Assembly (NCBI GenBank): GCA_039679675.1
Contig: JBDKUN010000003.1
Coordinates: 28,089 to 92,088 of the forward strand
Direction: 5' to 3'
Origin: Armatimonadota bacterium
Lineage (GTDB): Bacteria; Armatimonadota; UBA5829; DTLH01
Length of the DNA stretch: 64,000 nucleotides
Below the pieces are notes generated by a model. That model was not told the DNA's origin. It did no database searches and worked only from the letters and a program-made list of their open reading frames with translations. This document shows positions 60,070 through 64,000 of the stretch, in pieces (position 1 is the stretch's first letter; each line of letters starts with the position of its first letter). The translations under genes and the position numbers were made by a program.

Positions 60070-61335
60070 CTATGAAGCGGCCTTGATCTCGCTCAACGTC
60101 ACGATAGTTGGGTCCTTCTTCTCAAGGATAGTCTCTTCAGTAATTATACACTTCTTGACGTCCTTGTTGGAAGGTATCTCATACATAATGTTGAGCATGA
60201 CCTCTTCAAGTATAGTGCGAAGCGCCCGTGCTCCCATTCCCCGTTTCATCGCTTCCGCTGCTATTGCATCGATGGCGTCTTCAGTAAGGACAAGGTCCAC
60301 CCCGTCGTATTCGAAGAACTTGCAGTACTGTTTGATGAGCGAGTTCTTCGGTTCGACCAGGATCTTCCTCAGTGCTTCCTGATCAAGAGCGTCCAGCGTC
60401 GAAAGAACAGGCAGCCGTCCGACAAATTCCGGTATGAGTCCGAACTTCAGCAGGTCTTCAGGCATTACATACTGCAAGAGTTCTCCTGCCAGGTGAGTCT
60501 TTTTGCTCTCAACTTCAGCTCTGAACCCCAGGCTGTTTTCTTTGCCGACTCTGTGCTCGATGATGCCTTCCAGCCCTTCGAATGCGCCGCCGCAGATAAA
60601 GAGCACGTTCGTGGTGTCTATCTGGACATAGTCCTGCTGAGGATGCTTGCGCCCGCCCTGCGGCGGAACGTTCGCGACCGTGCCTTCGAGGATTTTCAGC
60701 AGTGCCTGCTGCACTCCCTCACCGGAGACATCACGGGTAATAGACGGGTTTTCGGACTTGCGCGCGATCTTGTCTATTTCGTCAATGTAGACGATGCCGC
60801 GCTGGGCGTTTTTGACCGTGGTCTGAATGCTCTCACCCGTATCGGACGCCTGCAGTAGTTTCAGAAGAATGTTCTCGACATCCTCTCCCACATATCCCGC
60901 TTCGGTAAGCGAAGTTGCGTCCGCGATAGCGAACGGGACATTCAGTATACGCGCAAGCGTCTGAGCCAGAAGGGTTTTTCCTGAGCCGGTGGGACCGACC
61001 AGGAGAATGTTGGATTTTTGCAGCTCAACATCCGAACTTGGGGCGTTGATCCGCTTGAAATGGTTATATACGGCGACGGAGAGCGACCTCTTGGCCTTCT
61101 CCTGTCCGATGACATACTGACTGAGTATGCGATAGATCTCCTTGGGCTTCGGAACGGAACCGAAAGAGAATTCCTCCGGTTGAGTTGCTTCGCCTTTGAT
61201 GATCTCATTACAGAGCCCGATGCAGTCTACGCAGACACCGCCGTATACGCCAAGAATGAGCTTCTTTACCTGCTCGCGACTCTTTCCGCAGAGGGCGCAG
61301 CGCCCATCGTTTCGATCATAACCGACCCTTGCCAA
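60070..61335 (-). CDS. clpX: ATP-dependent Clp protease ATP-binding subunit
   Basis: C4 zinc domain, [29 protein letters not shown] loop. Confidence 0.97.
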   Translation of the reverse strand: MARVGYDRNDGRCALCGKSREQVKKLILGVYGGVCVDCIGLCNEIIKGEATQPEEFSFGSVPKPKEIYRILSQYVIGQEKAKRSLSVAVYNHFKRINAPSSDVELQKSNILLVGPTGSGKTLLAQTLARILNVPFAIADATSLTEAGYVGEDVENILLKLLQASDTGESIQTTVKNAQRGIVYIDEIDKIARKSENPSITRDVSGEGVQQALLKILEGTVANVPPQGGRKHPQQDYVQIDTTNVLFICGGAFEGLEGIIEHRVGKENSLGFRAEVESKKTHLAGELLQYVMPEDLLKFGLIPEFVGRLPVLSTLDALDQEALRKILVEPKNSLIKQYCKFFEYDGVDLVLTEDAIDAIAAEAMKRGMGARALRTILEEVMLNIMYEIPSNKDVKKCIITEETILEKKDPTIVTLSEIKAAS

Positions 61336-61398
61336 CTGGCCGTTCTCCTTTATCTACAGTATTATGCGTTTCGGATGCTGAGAAACACATTGATGTGA

Positions 61399-61426
61399 GG
61401 TAATGATCGCAAATGCGATCATTACC
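61399..61426. other. Hairpin between clpP and clpX
   Basis: GGTAATGATCGCA-AA-TGCGATCATTACC. Confidence 0.55.
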
Positions 61427-61438
61427 GCTACACTCTGA

Positions 61439-62023
61439 TTATTTCTTTTTACCAATTACTGCATCTACTATTCCATATTCCTGGGCTTCTTCCGGGGACA
61501 TATAATAATCTCTGTCGATATCTTTTTCTACCCGCTCAGGCGGCTGGCCTGTATGCTCGGACAGAAGTTCGACATAGAGAGCCTTATAGCGCAGCACTTC
61601 GTGCGCGACTATGTCTATATCGGAAGGTGTGCCTTGGAATCCGGCGGAGCCCTGGTGGATCATTATGCGTGAGTTGGGCAGGGCAGATCTCTTGCCTTTA
61701 GCACCGCCTGCAAGAAGAATAGCTGCCATGCTCATCGCGTGTCCCACACATGTCGTCGCTACGTCCGGCTTCACTATCTGCATGGTATCGTAGATGGCGA
61801 GCCCTGCAATTACCGATCCGCCGGGGCTGTTAATATAAAGCTCTATATCCCTGTCGGGGTCTTCTTTCTCAAGGAACAGCATCTGTGCCACAACAAGGTT
61901 CGCTATGTCATCATCGATCGGTGTGCCGATGAAGACAATTCGGTCCTTGAGCAGCCTCGAATATATATCGTATGCTCGTTCCCCGCGAGCACTTTGCTCG
62001 ACAACCATAGGTACGAGTGCCAT
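61439..62023 (-). CDS. clpP: Clp protease proteolytic subunit
   Basis: [29 protein letters not shown]. Confidence 0.97.
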   Translation of the reverse strand: MALVPMVVEQSARGERAYDIYSRLLKDRIVFIGTPIDDDIANLVVAQMLFLEKEDPDRDIELYINSPGGSVIAGLAIYDTMQIVKPDVATTCVGHAMSMAAILLAGGAKGKRSALPNSRIMIHQGSAGFQGTPSDIDIVAHEVLRYKALYVELLSEHTGQPPERVEKDIDRDYYMSPEEAQEYGIVDAVIGKKK

Positions 62024-62040
62024 ATGAAGTGGAACTCCTT

Positions 62041-63342
62041 TCAGGACTTCTTTTGCCCTACACTTTTAGTATTGGAAGCATCGACCAGAAAATCTAGTAC
62101 TTTTCTACGCAAAATTCGGTTTTTTAATGCATCTTTGCTTTCAGTTCGGTCGACATAAGCGGCAACCGACTCTCTTGGGTAACCGCTTTCTTCCGCCATC
62201 TTGGTAATTTCCTCTTCTACATCCTCGTCTGTAGCCTCGATTTTTTCCTTTTCGGCTATTTCACTTAAAACGAGGCTCACACGAATATCTTTGGCTGCTG
62301 ATTCTTCCATCCGCGACTGCAGTTCCTCGAATGTCCTGCCTGTACCATCGAGGTAGTCATCGAGCGTCAGATCACGGCTTTTCAGATCGCCCACCAGGTC
62401 CTTGAGCCGGTGGGATACTTCATGATGAAGCATCACTTCAGGGAAATCGATCTTGGATGCCTCAACGACCTTATCGACGATCTTACTCTGAGTCTCTTTG
62501 TCAGCAAGCTCCGACGCTGCCTCTTCCATCTTGCTCCTGATCTTATCTTTAAGGGCTTGAACAGTCTCTATCTTCTCAGGGCTGCCCTTGGTGACTTCTT
62601 TTACAAAATCATCGTTCAGTTCCGGGAGATGCCGCTCCTTAATGTCTTTTATAGTGACTGTAGATACGGACTTTGTGCCTGCAAGTTCTTTTTCCTCGTA
62701 ATCGTCAGGATAAACGAGTTCTATGGACTTCGTCTCGTCCTTATTCATCCCGACCAGCCCTTCATCGAAGCTCGGAAGGTTCCTGCCTGCTTCGACAACA
62801 GTCTCACGGCTTTCTCCATCCGGTTCCGTCAAGGTGATGATAGCCAGGTCGCCCATCTGCACCGGTCGGCCTTCGACGTTTTCCACCTTTGCGGATCTCT
62901 GGCGGAGCGTCTCGATCTCCTGGTCGACATCTTCATCCGATACCTGTCTGGAGAACCGCTCTACCTCCACACCTTTGTAGTTACCCAATTCTACGGCAGG
63001 TGGCAAAGGAATTTTTGCCTTAAACTTAAATGGTTCGGCGTCTTCCAGTTGGACTACTTCGTACTCGGCCGCGGCGAACGGCTCGATTTCGGCTTCTTTC
63101 AGCGCCTCTTCATACGCCGGGTAGACAAGCTCCTCGGCAGCATGCTCTTTTATATGCTCTTCCGAAACAAACTTCTCAAGGATGGCCCTCGGCGCTTTTC
63201 CCTTGCGGAACCCTGGGACTTGTGTGTGTTTACCGGCTTCTTTATAGGCCTTGTCGAACGCTTTTTTTACTGCGTCGGAATCGACTTCTATCTCAAGCGA
63301 TATTTCACACGGACTCACTTGCTCTTTTTGAGTTATAGGCAT
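62041..63342 (-). CDS. tig: Trigger factor
   Basis: [10 protein letters not shown] signature; tig-clpP-clpX-lon synteny. Confidence 0.95.
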   Translation of the reverse strand: MPITQKEQVSPCEISLEIEVDSDAVKKAFDKAYKEAGKHTQVPGFRKGKAPRAILEKFVSEEHIKEHAAEELVYPAYEEALKEAEIEPFAAAEYEVVQLEDAEPFKFKAKIPLPPAVELGNYKGVEVERFSRQVSDEDVDQEIETLRQRSAKVENVEGRPVQMGDLAIITLTEPDGESRETVVEAGRNLPSFDEGLVGMNKDETKSIELVYPDDYEEKELAGTKSVSTVTIKDIKERHLPELNDDFVKEVTKGSPEKIETVQALKDKIRSKMEEAASELADKETQSKIVDKVVEASKIDFPEVMLHHEVSHRLKDLVGDLKSRDLTLDDYLDGTGRTFEELQSRMEESAAKDIRVSLVLSEIAEKEKIEATDEDVEEEITKMAEESGYPRESVAAYVDRTESKDALKNRILRRKVLDFLVDASNTKSVGQKKS

Positions 63343-63486
63343 TTTAATGGCTCTCCGATTCACAAAAAACAACAGGATACAGAATAAAGATAGCTTCCTG
63401 ATAATTAGAATCTATCCTCTATCCCATATCCTGTGGATTAGAGTTGGGAAGAGAGAAGCTTGTGCTTTCTACTCTTTACCCAATTT

Positions 63487-63561
63487 TGGAGCGGGAGACG
63501 GGACTCGAACCCGCGACATCCACCTTGGCAAGGTGGCGTTCTACCACTGAACCACTCCCGC
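63487..63561 (-). tRNA. tRNA-Gly(GCC)
   Basis: Cloverleaf GCGGGAG..., anticodon GCC, TTCGA loop, encoded CCA. Confidence 0.96.
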
Positions 63562-63581
63562 ATGTATTCAATTATGCGAAC

Positions 63582-63665
63582 TGGTGGGCGAGAGGAGAGT
63601 TGAACTCCTACGCCTTGCGGCACTAGATCCTAAATCTAGCGTGTCTGCCATTCCACCACTCGCCC
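63582..63665 (-). tRNA. tRNA-Leu(TAG)
   Basis: Long variable arm, anticodon TAG, encoded CCA. Confidence 0.96.
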
Positions 63666-63676
63666 CTGCGACGCGT

Positions 63677-63752
<76 letters not shown>

Positions 63753-63777
63753 ACGCTTTTGCCCTCCGGCGGGTATT

Positions 63778-63868
63778 ATTATACCATCGCTGCTCAATTG
63801 GCGTCAACAACGTGCCCGAGCAATTCCAAGAGCAAGAAAATTATACCGGACTGCCTTTCAGATGTCAA
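63778..63868 (-). promoter_or_regulatory. Tandem P1/P2 sigma70 promoters of the tRNA-tig operon
   Basis: TTGACA-17-TATAAT (63840-63868) and TTGACG-18-TATAAT (63778-63807). Confidence 0.8.
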
Positions 63869-63875
63869 TGCTTCG

Positions 63876-63939
63876 CGTTGCCTCATCTAAAATCGTACCG
63901 AAAGTGATTCGTTGCCTCATTTAAGAATCGTACCGAAAG
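63876..63939. repeat. Tandem 29-30-bp direct repeat
   Basis: CGTTGCCTCATCTAAAATCGTACCGAAAG / CGTTGCCTCATTTAAGAATCGTACCGAAAG, 34-bp period. Confidence 0.75.
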
Positions 63940-63980
63940 GTTGATATGCCGATGCTGTTTTTGTAGGAGGAAACGCATCG

Positions 63981-64000
63981 ATGACCCAGCAAGCAAAGGA
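63981..64000 (+). CDS. Start of a gene running off the window
   Basis: AGGAGG SD, then ATG ACC CAG CAA GCA AAG. Confidence 0.4.

Noticed and set aside
63347..63626. Short ORFs over the tRNA cluster; tRNA-anchored island
   Set aside because: They overlap tRNA genes; no integrase or duplicated tRNA 3' end was seen.
63876..63939. CRISPR array
   Set aside because: Only two units with a 5-nt gap; no spacer-sized sequence.

Overview
A 64-kb bacterial chromosomal segment, mostly housekeeping genes. The organism is probably a diderm Terrabacteria lineage such as Armatimonadota; this is an inference from the co-occurrence of an outer-membrane porin, a T-box and a ClpC-type N-domain. From left to right: (1) a minus-strand chemotaxis operon (cheY-cheX-cheA-porin-cheW-MCP) behind a NarL/LuxR regulator; (2) a homocysteine methyltransferase, a WD40 protein and hemL; (3) murA-mreB-STAS; (4) an arginine operon (HTH protein-argD-argF-argG-argH); (5) PBP1A, PBP2 and pncB; (6) a cytoplasmic RR-RR-HK-Hpt phosphorelay; (7) envelope and peptidase genes; (8) an orphan AT-rich PD-(D/E)XK nuclease, then rsmI, nfo, two trkA-type genes, a clostripain-like lipoprotein, GH20 and a GGDEF/HD-GYP protein; (9) valS, lon-clpX-clpP-tig and tRNA-Gly/Leu/Lys. 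The main oddities are these. A valine T-box lies about 2.8 kb from valS, separated by four passenger genes bounded by duplicated terminator halves and repeats; one passenger is a GxxExxY nuclease inside 43-bp terminal inverted repeats, which makes this a candidate gene-capture or mobile-nuclease platform. ArgF is fused to a ClpC N-terminal (phospho-arginine-binding) domain. CheA carries a tandem MshEN-like c-di-GMP motif and two N-terminal helical repeats. The clostripain homolog has Ser in place of its catalytic Cys. An OprO/P-type porin sits inside the che operon. All assignments come from motif recognition by eye; no database searches were run.
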